NCBI RefSeq assembly: GCF_031769215.1
Contig: NW_026782844.1
Span: forward strand, 186,001 to 250,000
Source of the DNA: Ylistrum balloti
Taxonomy: Eukaryota
Length of the DNA: 64,000 bases
Direction of reading: 5' to 3'
Shown here: positions 44,431 through 59,644 of the stretch, one piece after another
Layout of the letters: each line of letters begins with the position of its first letter
Numbering within the stretch: position 1 is the stretch's first letter
Translations under genes and position numbers: made by a program
Notes under the pieces: generated by a model
Told to the model about the DNA's origin: nothing
Databases searched by the model: none
Seen by the model: the letters and a program-made list of their open reading frames with translations, nothing else

Positions 44431-47279
44431 TAGCAGAAGTTTTTCAACTATTTTGGGAATCAGAAAAAATAGATAGCATCATATATATTTTTGACAATTT
44501 CTGAAACTATCTGCATTTCGAGACTAAATATACATTATATTTCTATAGATAGATCACATGCTACATGTGTCATATGTCAACAATCAAGGTAACTTAATAA
44601 TAGATTTATGTCATATGATATATACATTTTGTACCCATAGTAACATGTTATGATATGTCATAGTGCCAAAACTGAGCCAGGACTCCTAATGAATTATCTC
44701 TCTGAATAAATTGTTCTGGAAAGATCATACTACGTCCGCCTAAAGACTAACAGAGAACACATGTACTACTATGCCATATATGTTTATGGGAATACCAAAG
44801 CGAAACTTCCACCACATTCAATGTGTATGAAGTTATAGCTTTGTTTAAGGACAATGTTATATTAATATTTGTTTTGTGGTACTGGAATGGTGCATTTGTA
44901 GCGGAGAGAAATTGTCATAGGTAGTTATCATGCATGGCTAAATACCCGACCTTGTTAAACATGGAGAAATAAAATGGGTGAAACAATGTTGGTTTATCGT
45001 TTGGTACAAAATCTAATCTTTCAAAATATAAAATGTTTATAATATGTGCTCAGGAGGTTTTTGATGTCAGCGTGTGTCTCGATTTGGGTACGTCAACTTT
45101 ACATGTAAACATATATATATATGTATGTATATGTTGGCTACTAGTGGATACTGCAAGTTTTTACATTGCCGTGCAATGTTATTAAGGTCAGTCTAGTCGT
45201 AGAATTTTAACAACCTCAATCGTAATTGCAATGTGAAATGTACTAGGAAAACTTACTCCTTGATCCAAGTAATTATTCTGGAACACCCAGTAACACAAGG
45301 GAGATAACCGAAATGGAGCCAACGATTTTAAAATGCTTTAGTCCAACAGTTAGCTAGACATAAGTTTACTACATTTTTACAACAATGTTTAGATCTTATG
45401 GGCAAACGGGTACAGGCCTTTTGCGTAAATCCTTCGAACTCTTGCTCAGGTTAGTACATCTGACTGCATTGAAACCTGTGGCCAATTTTGAAGTGATGAT
45501 GGGGATGAGTTATTGACTGAAGTTCCGTCATAGAAGAGCATAAAGAACAATTTCAACTTACAAAAAGATATCTTGCACTGAAGTAGCTTGAACTGCCGAT
45601 AAAACGACTTCACCCCTAAAATATTGTTGAACATCAAAATAGATGTGTCAAATCATACTATTAAAATCCCATTCTAGAGTAGACCTGTTTCTAGGACTTG
45701 GTTGTGCCAAGGTGATTTTGAATTTAGAGTTGAATACAAACCTGAACCTCCAAACCATCGACCTGTCCGGTAGTCTCTCACAGCATGGATAAGACATTTA
45801 GGCATACTGCTTATAAAAATTTAGAACGACACTTTGACTTGTATAACTTGACAAACGAACATCGTTTGACCGTTTGTTTACATGGCGTCCGTCTGCACTG
45901 TTCGTTGAGAAGCGCGCGCTATGACGCTTGTTGCTAGGTAACCATTGCAACTGTGGACGGGCACCTGTGTTGTAATTCTGAGAGAAAACTAAATTTGCAA
46001 CGGTTATACATCAGGATTTTCTCTTGGTTATAATTTTATATTTGAAACTGGTTCAAGATAATCAGGTAACATATTCGTATAATTCTCGCCTATCACTTTA
46101 ATAACCGATTTTACCAGATGAGAAAAACCAGGTTGATTTTGGTGTATCACAAAATATTTTATTGATTTACAAGTATCATTTCGTTCATCTCCAAAATTAC
46201 CAATAGAACAATATTCGGAAACACAATGTTTCTAAAATTTTGACAGAAATATCCTTATCGCAACACTGCTTCAAATTAATTTTCTAACGACATACAATAG
46301 AATTATCTGCAAATATCGAACAGTCTCGTTTCCACAGTTTTAAGATATTTTTTGTAGTTGCCATATATACGATAAAACATACAACCGATAAATGTAATTG
46401 ATCAAAAGCATAGATACGTAAGTGTATCATATTATTACACTTCCACGAAAAAAAATAATAAAGTAGTCTCGTTAGCATTTCTCAGACATAAAACAGGTTA
46501 ATTTATAACTTTGGAAATGAAGTCCATGTATAGGATTAATATTAAATGTCTGTGACGTTTCCCGTATACACGTTTACATTAAGCAAATGTTCGTTAATGT
46601 GTTTACTATCTGTCACTATAAAAAGTGGAACTAATTGGTTTCGTACCTGTATGTGAAAAGAATATGTGTCTGTACGATTAATAGAATGGTTGGTTGGTTT
46701 AGTGGTTGGTTTTTGGGTTGTAATTTGAGCAAGAACGTTAACTGAGCAATAGAAATATCACTGTTTCCTTATATAATAGAACGGAACACCAAAATGCTTT
46801 AAACACGTATTTACCTTAAAAAACAAACAATAAAAGAAAAAAAAAACATCTTTACATTCGAAGCATCTTCTGTAATGATTACCCAAAAATTTGAAGCGGA
46901 AGGGAGGTAACTCTGTAAGACCTAGGATTTATGTAAGAAATTTTGCAGCATTCTGTCTCTAGTAACAGCTTGACTAAATTTGAGACGCGTTAATTTTCTT
47001 TTCATAGAGTTTTTATAGGTCCAGGTTTAATTTGGAACGTCATACTCAATGATAGTAATTTGTTAGAGAACAACATCTTTGATTTCAGTTTGAACTTTAC
47101 GAGTTTGATACTTTAAGACACAACGTTAATGTTGTATTTGTAAATACAGCTGTTTCAGTGATATCGATGTCCTTTTTGTTAGATATATTAAGTTGATCAC
47201 TATGGCATTTTGTTAATGAGTGCGCTTTGTCTGATGATAACATTGATATTGTGTCAGAACTAAGATGGCATTCGAATGG

Positions 47280-48150
47280 TGTCAGAACTGTGAGATGACA
47301 AGTTATATGGACAGATCTGTGAGAGAGTGAAATGACATCAGTTACATTGCCAGAACAGTATGATGACAACATTTATATTGTCAGAATTGTGTGATTACAA
47401 CATTTATGTTGTCATAATTATGTGATGACATCATTTATATTGTCAGAATTGTGTGATTACAACATTTATGTTGTCATAATTATGTGATGACATCATTTAT
47501 ATTGTCAGAATTGTGTGATTACAACATTTATGTTGTCATAATTATGTGATGACATCATTTATATTGTCAGAATTGTGTGATTACAACATTTATGTTGTCA
47601 TAATTATGTGATGACATCATTTATATTGTCAGAATTGTGTGATTACAACATTTATGTTGTCATAATTATGTGATGACATCATTTATATTGTCAGAATTGT
47701 GTGATTACAACATTTATGTTGTCATAATTATGTGATGACATCATTTATATTGTCAGAATTGTGTGATTACAACATTTATGTTGTCATAATTATGTGATGA
47801 CATCATTTATATTGTCAGAATTGTGAGATGACAACATTTATTTTGTCAGAATTGTGAGATGACAACATTTATATTGTCGGAACTGTGTGATTACAACATT
47901 TACGATCTCTCAGAGTTGTGGGAAGACAACATTGATGTTGTAAGAAGTGTGAGATAACACCTTTCGTATAGCCAGAAATATGAAATGGCAGCATTTATTT
48001 TGTCTAAACTGTGAGATGACAGCATTTATATTTTGTCAGAACTGTGAGATGACAACATTATGTTCTGTCAGAAATGTGAGGTGACATTTATATTCAGTCA
48101 GAACAGTGGGATGACAACTTTTATAACGTCAGAACAATTAGATGACAATA
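47280..48150. repeat. 31-bp repeat family with a homogenised 62-bp dimer core (~7 copies, 47361-47822)
   Basis: Period 62 at 47401/47463/47525; flanks are decayed GTGAGATGACAACATTTATATTGTCAGAA monomers. Confidence 0.92.
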
Positions 48151-49971
48151 TTGATTGAGTCTATGCTATGGTACCTGAAATAGATATGAACCCTGATTAG
48201 TTTCTAGTACGCACAGCTGAATTTGATTCAGTAAGTAATTAGCAGAGGATACACATATGTACCTTTTTACTTACATACATACGTGGAATAGCAGTAACAC
48301 GTGGATAGAAATACATATGTTGATCTAATCACACAAAAGATTAATGTGTTGGCTGACTCTTTACTGCACACGAACCAGTCTCTTTTAAACTTCGAATGTA
48401 TTGCTTATACATAAACAGATGAAATGTTATATACACACGCAAACCGGAATCAATTGAAGAATTGCAAACACGCTTACACACGTGTAAGATGTATTTCTAA
48501 TCGGTGTGTCGTGTCTGCCGTCTGTTACCTCCGATCGTACACCTTCATAATGTTGACGATTGAACGAAACGAAAACGACTATTGATCTGGCAGAGTACTG
48601 AGTACGCTATATGTATTAATTATTTATTTGTCGCTGGGCTTGCATTGTGTGTCGGTGATATTACTTACACAAACGTAATCAGGGATATACTCACGGGTGA
48701 TTGTAATGAACGGATCACCTTGACAAAACCTATTGCAGTAGAAATTCTGAGATTTAAGTGATATAAAGTGACAGAGACATGGAAGCCGTAAGGTGTGTGT
48801 TACTGCTGCTGTTCAGCACAAGATAGTGTGTTTCGTTCCGTAAGTATTATTCCACAGTGCGTGCAATGCTATCATGTATCGCACTCGTATAAAACTGACA
48901 TGTGGAACCGTTAAGATCGGCTTGTGGTAGTAGGTACTTGCTACTATTGAACGTATACTGATAAATGAAGCAAACAGTCTTAGTGTAGGTTTTCCGTACC
49001 ACAGTGGCACTCTGCGCTTCTGTCCAATAACATCAAACCGCCTTATATGGTTAATCGCTGGTCCTATACTACACACATACACGATACACATCGCATTTTC
49101 GCATAATTTATTCGCCCTGTCGAAGAAAATTTTCGCTTCGCCCCTTCGTGCTTCCCCCGTGGAGAATGATTGTACAGATAGACTCTTTCGAAAGCAAATT
49201 ATGAGGGCTTTTAACCTTACGATGGACAGAAGCGGACTGGATTAATGGGATACTGACCAAAGTGCTTCTAAACGGTATTACACAAAACGCCATTATCTTC
49301 GACCCATCCTCTCCACTAGCCAGTAGCAGCAACGCTAATTTCCACACAACAGCTGATAACGGAACCTGAAGGATCATGGCTTACAACAGTGCGTTTATAT
49401 ATAAAATACCGTCTCACTGATTATCAACGCTCCTGTTACGTGCTGTATATTTTACACAAGGAATTAGTTTTCAAATTACGTCAGGATTTTACCAGTGCAA
49501 TAGGTACGAGGAAACTTTACTCGTGTTGATTTCCAAGTAAGATTCTACATACGCCTGTCAATCTTTGTTTTTACAGTACATTGTTTACAAATGTAATGCA
49601 TCTTTTCCTGTAATTAATTTCACTTTGGATAATTTAATTGCCCGTTATAAATCAATATATGATCGTTATTTCGATTTCTTTTCTACGTGTTGATATTTCT
49701 ATCTGATTTATTCCGGTAACTCTTAATATTCTGTGGAAACTGAGTGTGTATTGATACATCAGTTGACAATCTATATTGGCATTGGATCTGTGAGCCTTAG
49801 ACTGTGACTGTTAATACCAGTCTATCACTGCCTCCCACAACGTGGATGGATTGGTGCTTATAATCACGACGTGCTCACATTGTGGTTAATGAAGAAAAGG
49901 TTCACTGTTGTTTAATACAGGAATGGACTTTTGACCGTTACACTTGGAATGCACTGGTCACTCGTGCCTAA

Positions 49972-50391
<420 letters not shown>

Positions 50392-50689
50392 TAGTGTCTT
50401 TGTAGCATCATTGCCTCCATATTCCAAAGCCGATTACCGGCCATGTTTATTTGACCTTGCCGAGCACACGTATGAATCAACTGATATAGAATCTGAAGGC
50501 GATATCTTTGATTAAATTGTCCATTTCTTTACCACAACTTATGGTCAATCTACCTGTAATCTTTACTGCCTTAACGTAATCCTCAGCTACTAATTTCTAT
50601 ATAACAGGTGTCATATTAGTTTCTCGACTACCCATATCTATATACATGTAGCATAAATGTGTTAGAGCATTAGTGCTCTAAAATGACGG

Positions 50690-52890
50690 TAACAGGACAG
50701 TCACTTGCAGTATTACACGTAGGTAAAACAGGATGTGCACTTCTAGTAATACTTGTGGGTATTACATTACGTTCACTCTGAGTAATACACATAGGTATAA
50801 CCGTTTGGCAACTCACAGATACACACTTGGTATAAGAGGACGTTCGCTCATGGAAATACACGTGGGTACCACGTGGGTTTAACCGGACGTTCACTTACAG
50901 AAATACACAAGGGTAACACGTGTGTATAACAGGATATCCACCCACATAAATACATGTGGATAAGAAGTGTGTATAACAGACACAGGGGTATAACAGGACG
51001 TTTACTCACAGCAATACACGTGGGTATAACATGACGTTCACTCACAGAACTATATGTTGGTAACATGTGTGTATAAAAGGACTCTCACTAACAGAAATGC
51101 ACGTGGGTATAACAGGACGCTAATTTAAATAAATACACAAGGGTAACACGTGTGTATAACAGGATATCCACCCACATAAATACACGTGGATAAGAAGTGT
51201 GTATAACAGACACAGGGGTATAACAGGACGTTTACTTACAGAAATACACGTGGGTATAACAGGACGTTTACTTACAGAAATACACGTGGGTATAACAGGA
51301 CGTTTACTTACAGAAATACACGTGGGTATAACAGGACGTTTACTCAAAGAAATGCACGTGTATATATAACAGGCTTTCACTCTCACAGTAATACATACAG
51401 GTTTAACAGGACTTTCTCTCACAGAAATACTCATGGGTATAACAGGACTTTCACTCGCAGTAATACATATAGCTATAACAGGACGTTCTCTCACAGAGAT
51501 ACACATGTGTAACACATGTAACACATGTGTATAACAGGACGTTCATTCACAGTAATACACGTGTCTATAACAGGACGTTCACTCACAGAATACAAGCGTT
51601 TAACACGTGTCTATAACAGGACGTTCACTTACAGAATACAAGCGTGTAACACGTGTATATAACAGGACGTTCACTCACAGAACACACGCGTGTAACACGT
51701 GTGTATAACAGGACGTTCATTCACAGAAATGCACCGAGTATATCAGGACGTTCACTCACACAATCACACGTGGATATAACAGATGTTAACTAGCAGTAAT
51801 AAACGTAGGTATAAACGATCGTTCACTGATATTAACACATGTGAATACAATAGGACACAAGGGTATAACAGGACGTTTACTCACAGTGATATACCTAGGC
51901 ATAAAAGATAGTACACTCACAGTTATATACCTAGGCATAAAAGATAGTACACTCACAGTAATATACCTAGGCATAAAAGATAGTACACTCACAGTAATAT
52001 ACCTAGGCATAAAAGATAGTACACTCACAGTAATATACCTAGGCATAAAAGATAGTACACAGTAATATACAGTAATATACCTAGGCATAAAAGATAGTAC
52101 ACTCACAGTAATATACCTAGGCATAAAAGATAGTACACTCACAGTAATATACCTAGGTATAAAAGATAGTACACTCACAGTAATATACCTTGGCATAAAA
52201 TATAGTACACTCACAGTAATATACCTAGGCATAAAAGATAGTACACTCACAGTAATATACCTAGGCATAAAAGATAGTACACTCACAGTAATATACCTAG
52301 GCATAAAAGATAGTACACTCACAGTAATATACCTAGGCATAAAAGATAGTACACTCACAGTAATATACCTAGGCATAAAATATAGTACACTCACAGTAAT
52401 ATACCTAGGCATAAAAGATAGTACACTCACAGTAATATACCTTGGCATAAAAGATAGTACACTCACAGTAATATACCTAGGCATAAAAGATAGTACACTC
52501 ACAGTAATATACCTATGCATAAAAGATAGTACACTCACAGTAATATACCTTGGCATAAAATAAAGTACACTCACAGTTATATACCTAGGCATAAAAGATA
52601 GTACATTCACAGTAATACACATGGGTTTAACAGTATGTTCACTTACAATTACACACGTTCACTCACACCAACAAACGTCAATGCAAAAGATCGTTCTCCT
52701 ACAGAAATACACGTGAGAATTAGAGATCGTTCACTGACAGAAATACACGTGAGAATTAGAGATCGTTCACTGACAGAAATACACGTGAGAATTAGAGATC
52801 GTTCACTGACAGAAATACACGTGAGAATTAGAGATCGTTCACTGACAGAAATACACGTGAGAATTAGAGATCGTTCACTGACAGAAATAA
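50690..52890. repeat. Compound 33-36-bp minisatellite family (degenerate block 50690-51800, 36-bp block 51880-52615, 36-bp block 52700-52888)
   Basis: Shared core CGTT(C/T)ACTCACAG(A/T)AATACAC; period 36 at 51901/51937. Confidence 0.93.
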
Positions 52891-53224
52891 TTTGGTGTAT
52901 TGATCACCGGATTCAATAAATTTGTGGTTATTTTACAATATTCTGTGAATGAAACAGAATCACGATGCCCTACAATAAATAGTATCTGATGGTAGGACAG
53001 AAAATTTTACATCCTGTTCCCAACATTTATCCCAAGGCACGACATGTCTAAAACATCGGAAAATTTTATGAAAAGGGTTACAATACCAACGTTTGGTTAT
53101 TGCTCAATGATAATTGATGTATTGCACACCATGTGGTATTGCCGAGCGATTAATAAAGCGCCAGTCTGATTTAGGAGAACATGAGTTTGTTTTCTACCGG
53201 TAGAGGATGTTTTACTGGCCGCAA

Positions 53225-54000
53225 TTTAGGTACAAGATGTTTGACCAGTCATAGGTATCAGATGCTTGACCAAACGTAGGTACAAGATGTTTGACTAGTC
53301 GGGGGTACGAGATGTTTGACCAGTCGGGGGTACGAGATGTTTGACCAGTCGGAGGTACGAGATGTTTGACCAATCATAGGTATAAGCTGTTTTAATGGCC
53401 GGAGGTACACGATGTTTGACCAAACGGAGGTACAAGATGTTTAGCCAGTCGGGAGTACGAGATGTTTGACCAATCATAGGCACAGGGTGTTTTAATGGTC
53501 GTAGGCACGGGAGGTTTAACCAGTCAGGGATACAGGATATTTGACCAGTCATAGGTACAGAACGATTGGCAAGGTATGAATGTAGATACGGGATATTTTA
53601 CCAGTCATAGATAAAGGTTGTTTGACCAACTATAGGTACAGGACTTTTGACCAGTGATAGGTACAAGATGTTTGACCAATCGTAGAAACAAAATGTTTGA
53701 CCAGTCGGAGGTACAAGATGTTTGACCAGTCGGAGATACAAGATGTTTAATCAGTCGTAGGTACAAGATGTTTGACCAATCGGAGGTACAAGATGTTTGA
53801 CCGGTCGGAGGTACAAGACGTTTGACCAGTCGGAGGTTTGACCAGTCGGAGGTACAAGATGTTTGACCAGTCGTAGGTATCAGATGTTTGACCAATCGGA
53901 GGTACAAGATGTTTGACCGGTCGGAGGTACAAGACGTTTGACCAGTCGGAGGTTTGACCACTCGGAGGTACAAGATGTTTGACCGGTTGTAGGTACGGGA
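53225..54000. repeat. 25-bp minisatellite
   Basis: Unit GAGGTACAAGATGTTTGACCAGTCG with truncated variants. Confidence 0.92.
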
Positions 54001-54464
54001 TATTTGAAGTCCGTGTGCAACACTCTTCTATCAAATCTGTCACACCAGATGACGCTCAGGTACGAACCCTTGTGCACTCTGAATTAGATGTGACCGGCAC
54101 ATGCACGTTTCTGTGACTCGGCAGTAAAGGTGGGTCTACTGAGCGATCACCACCACATAAAAACAAACGGTGAATAAACTCCTGTGGTGACTTTTAACCA
54201 TGGTGCATGCCATGTACCACACTAACACTGACGCGCTACAAACAAGACTGAGGGTAGGTGATGGCAGAAATGTTGTTGTGTGATGAAACCTTTATCAGCA
54301 ATTTACATCGATCAATACTTCGTGCTTTTCTACATAAACTGATGTTGTTGGCATTCAGATAAATATCGATTAGTTGCCATGGTATAGCTCGAGACGAGGT
54401 CAAGGCTGTTCCGCGAATTATCACAAGCTAGTCGTCTGTCTTATATTATCGTGACACCGCACTC

Positions 54465-54830
54465 CTATATTTACGCCGAGTCGTATAAAACCGCATTTCT
54501 ATATTCACGTCGAGTCTTATAAAACCGCGTTTCTATATTCACGCCGAGTCGTATAAAACCGCATTTCTATATTCACGTCGAGTCTTATAAAACCGCGTTT
54601 CTATATTCACGTCGAGTCGTATAGAACCGCATTTCTATATTCACGTCGAGTCTTATAAAACCGCGTTTCTATATTCACGTCGAGTCGTATAGAACCGCAT
54701 TTCTATATTTACGTCGAGTCGTATAGAACCGCATTTTATATTCACGTCGAGTCGTATAGAACCGTATTTCTATATTCACGTCGAGTCGTATAAACCGTAT
54801 TTCTATATTATCGCAAAGTTGTATTATATA
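54465..54830. repeat. 34-bp minisatellite, ~10 copies
   Basis: Unit TTCTATATTCACGTCGAGTCGTATAAAACCGCAT; period 34 at 54484/54518. Confidence 0.93.
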
Positions 54831-55289
54831 ACCGCATTTCTACTTTTATACCAAATCGCATACCATCCACTATGATCTCACAAGAATTATTGCCCTTGGT
54901 TTCACTCAGTCAGAAAAATGTATAGCACTACACTATATCAGGTAGCGTATTGAAAACGAAAAAACAATCGACACAGAACAAATTTGCGTCTGGCTATGTC
55001 ATCTTCTTCATTAGCAAATCGACTCCAGTTGCTACATCAGCGTGACGTTATCGTCCACCGCAGCCACGTGCACGATCGTGAATTTAATACGTACGGCATG
55101 TGTCCGAGAGCAAATTTTCTGTTAAGGAAATGCGTAGGAGCACAAGTCGCTGTATAAAGCAGTAGCACTTATATATGTTGTGTATAGTGTGTAATACGCA
55201 ACGTGACTATACGGCGTTGTGACAGTGGAAGTACGCTACCCTAATGCACGTTCTCAGCGTGACCTTGAGGTTGCGGTGTTGTACAAACT

Positions 55290-55850
55290 TTGAACGATTG
55301 TATGTCTGCAGGAGTGTGGTGTTGAAAGAGCTGTACGAGCTCGGCATTATTGTAAATTCCGGTGTTGTAAAAGATATGACTGAAGGAGTGTGGTGTTGTA
55401 CGAGCTTGAGCTCAGCGTGACTGAGTGCGGTATCGTGCGACACGACGAGGCTCTACATAGAGGGCGGTGTCGTGCGGGCTCGCTGTGACTGTAGGGGTGC
55501 GGTGTTGTATGAGCCCGTGGCATCGGGAATACGATGGTGTACGGGCTCGGTGAGACTGTAAAAAAGCAGTATTAAATGAGCTCATCATGAGTGTAGAAGT
55601 GCGGTGTTGAACAAGCTCATTGTGACTGTAAGATTGCGGTGTTGCACAAGCTCGTCGTGACTACATGTAGAAGTGCGGAATTTTGCTAGCTCGGCGAGAC
55701 TACATGTAAGAGTGCGTTGTTGTACGAGCTCGGCGTGGCTACATGCACAGGTGCGGTATTGTGCAAATTCGGCGTTACTTCATGAAGGAGTTCGGTGTAT
55801 TACAAACTGTAGTGATTCAAAGTAACTGTAGAAATGCGGTGGTGCAGTGA
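55290..55850. repeat. Old degenerate ~38-bp GC-rich repeat
   Basis: Recurring GTGCGGTGTTGTACGAGCTCGGCGTGACT-like motif. Confidence 0.75.
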
Positions 55851-56869
55851 TAATACAGAGCATTTGTACTCTGGTGTTGAATCTAAAGGATATAGAATCG
55901 GGAGCATTAATATATGAGAACAAAAAATGCCAAGGCCTGAGGAATTTCATTTATTTTTCAAACATTGAAATGATTCCGAATAGCTTACTTTAACGTAGGG
56001 CCTGGTCAAGGTCATATACGCGTATGTTATAAATGGCTTGAAACGAAATCATGTCAGAAATTATTTTGTTAGTGAGGGCGGGACGAAACTCGGATTTCAC
56101 TTCCTAAACAGTACTAATGACTAGATTTAGTTTTATAAGATATACTAAACTCCCATTGTATATGTTTCATGGTCCTAAACTTAAATCAAATAACTAAAAT
56201 GGTTCAAAATCATCAGACAAAAACCACAATCGTGCAGCTGTATTTTAAGTATTTTAATGTGGTTATTGTGAGTGTTGCAGTCCACTTTATCAACCCAGGA
56301 GTAAAAAATTGTGACTGATTAAAACTTCAATACCAGTAGCCAGTATAACTGCACTTAATTAGCATGACTATGTCACGTGACCCATACGTACATATTTGTG
56401 ATACACCAATGCTAGACTAAGTTACACAGATAAAATCAGAAAGTCCTCGTAGATTAGTCTCTCATGTATTGTTTGAAGAGGTTGTTTAAATATACAGATC
56501 GGTATATCGATATTCTATAGTAAATACTTGTACACACATTAGTACAGCCGCACGGTTCTCATTACAGATAAATATTGCAGCCTGTCTCTACCGGTAATTG
56601 AATGTGGATTTTGTGTAAACAGTGAACAATGGAAGTATATCTGATTTATACTCGTCATTACACAATCAGATCAGTCACAATACGTCTCAGGTACGCCTGC
56701 GTTCACGTGAAGGTTGCATATATTACCGGGGTTTTTAAACAAAAGGAACTGTTTTCCAGTAAACTGATACAGTAAATAAATTCAGTAAACAACTACAGTA
56801 AACAAATACAGTATATTGAGATATATATAGATATCGATTGCATTGGTCTGTAAGTTGTATAAAACCTTG

Positions 56870-58275
56870 ACATTTTCACGGCCTGTGTGACTCTATGGTA
56901 TAGTGACTTTGACATTGTCACGGTCTGTGTGACTCTCTATTGAAGTGGCTTCGTCATTGTGGTGGCTTTGTCATTGTCACGGTCTGTGTGACTCTCTGGT
57001 GAAGTGGCTTGGTCATTGACACGGTCTGTGTGACTCTCTGGTGAAGTGGCTTTGTCATTGTCACGGCCTGTGTGACTCTGGTGAAGTGGCTTGGTCATTG
57101 TCACGGTCTGTGTGACTCTATGATGAAGTGGCTTTGTCATTGTCACGGTCTGTGTGACTATGGTGTAGTGAACTTGATATTGTCACGGTCTGTGTGACTC
57201 TCTGGTGAAGAGGCTTCGTCATTATCACGGCCTGTGTGACTTTGGCATAGTGACTTTGACATTGTCACAGTCTGTGTGACTCTCTGGTGAAGTGGCTTTG
57301 TCATTGACACGGTCTGTGTGACTCTCTATTGAAGTGGCTTCGTCGTTGTAGTGGCTTTGTCATTGTCACGGTCTGTGTGACTCTCTGGTGAAGTGGCTTT
57401 GTCATTGACACGGTCTGTGTGACTCTCTGGTGAAGTGGCTTGGTCATTGTCACGGTCTGTGTGACTCTATGGTGAAGTGGCTTTGTCATTGTCACGGTCT
57501 GTGTGACTCTGGTGTAGTGAACTTGATATTGTCACGGTCTGTGTGACTCTCTGGTGAAGAGGCTTCGTCATTGTCACGGCCTGTGTGACTATGGTATAGT
57601 GACTTTGACATTGTCACAGTCTGTGTGACTCTCTGGTGAAGTGGCTTTGTCATTGTCACGGTCTGTGTGACTCTCTGGTGAAGTGACTTTGTCATTGTCA
57701 CGGTCTGTGTGACTCTCTGGTGAAGTGGCTTCGTCATTGTCACGGTCTGTGTGACTCTCTGGTGAAGTGGCTTCGTCATTGTCACGGTCTGTGTGACTCT
57801 CTGGTGAAGTGACTTTGTCATTGTCACGGTCTGTGTGACTCTCTGGTGAAGTGGCTTGGTCATTGACACGGTCTGTGTGACTCTCTGGTGAAGTGGCTTT
57901 GTCATTGTCACGGCCTGTGTGACTCTCTGGTGAAGTGGCTTGGTCATTGTCACGGTCTGTGTGTGTGAAGTGGCTTTGTCTCTCTGTGTGAAGTGAACTT
58001 TGATATTGTCACGGTCTGTGTGTGTGACTCTCTGTGTGACTATGAAGTGACTTTGACATTGTCACGGACTGTGTGACTCTCTGGTGAAGTGGCTTCGTCA
58101 TTGTCACAGTCTGTGTGACTCTATGGTGTAGTGAATTTGACAATGTCACGGTCTGTGTAACTGTGTGACTCTCTGGTGAAGTGAATTTGACATTGTCACG
58201 GTCTGTGTAACTTTATGATGAAGTGAACTTGACATTGTCACTCTCTGTGTAACTCTATGGCGTAGTGAATTCGAC
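56870..58275. repeat. 42-bp minisatellite, ~30 copies
   Basis: Unit GTCTGTGTGACTCTCTGGTGAAGTGGCTTTGTCATTGTCACG; period 42 at 57661/57703. Confidence 0.95.
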
Positions 58276-58684
58276 ATTTTCATAGGCTCTATAACAAAAG
58301 ATGTAATGACCTTGGCATGTATACTGTTTAGTATAGTGACATTACCATGGTAATTATAACGGACAATGAGTGAATGACCTTGAAATTACAACGATCAGTA
58401 TATGACGGCTTGTAAAATGTCGCTGTAGAAGTGCTGTACTTGAACAATTTTACATTGACATGAAATCGATAAGGACGCATGGCACGTTTGTTTCAACTGG
58501 AAGCAACAGTCGACATGCGCGATCAATAGAGATCACTTTGTACTAGGTCGAGTAAGGTGACACGGGGTCAAACAATAGTGGTTCTGTAATGAATTTGTGA
58601 CTCGTTGTATCAATCATACACACATTATGAACAAGTAACAATTACATACATACTGCACGCAAGCATTCCCAAAGGCACAATTTT

Positions 58685-59425
58685 ATAAACAATTATTATA
58701 TACAAGTTATAAACAACTCTTATACATAAATCACTAACAATATTTATACACAAAGCATAAACAATATTTATACACAAATCATAAACAATGATTATACACA
58801 AAACATAAACAATATTTATACACAAATCATAAACAATAAATATATACAAAGCATAAACAATAATTCTACACAAAACATAAACAATATTTATACACAAAAC
58901 ATAAACAATATTTATACACAAAACATCAACAAAAATAATTATACACAAACACATAAACAATATTATATACACAAAGTTATACACAAATCATAAACAATAA
59001 TTATACACAAATCATAAACAATAATTATACACAAAGCATCATAAACAATATTTATACACAATAATTATACACAAAACATCAACAATAATTATACACAAAA
59101 CATCAACAATATTTATACACAAATCATAAACAATAGTTATACACAAATCATAAACAATATTTATACACAAATCATAAACAATAGTTATATACAAATCATA
59201 AACAATATTTATACACAAATCATAAACAATAATTATACACAAAACATCAACAATAATTATACACAAAGCATGAACAATAAGTATACACAAATCATACACA
59301 ATAATTATACACAAATCATACACAATAATTATACACAAATCATAAACAATAATTCTACACCAAGTATAAACAATATTTATACACAAATCATCAACAATAA
59401 TTTTACAGAAATCATAAACAATATT
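58685..59425. repeat. 24-bp AT-rich minisatellite
   Basis: Unit AAACAATAATTATACACAAATCAT. Confidence 0.93.
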
Positions 59426-59644
59426 AACAGCCGAAGGAGGTAAATGGAATACACACTGAATCCCTCGGCTTTGTTTAAACCTGTATCAGAAAACAAGCGT
59501 TAAGCTGGGAATGAACCATGCTGAAGGATGAAAACATATGTGGACAGGATTATGAACATCACTATAATCGAAGTCTGTCGTTATGTGCATTTATATAACC
59601 TAACTGTTGTCCTTTATGTCTGTTCATTCATGTAATATTGTAAC

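Noticed and set aside
51786-59386. Repeat ORFs at 51786, 52635, 53605, 57492, 58625 and 59039
   Set aside because: All are minisatellite translations.
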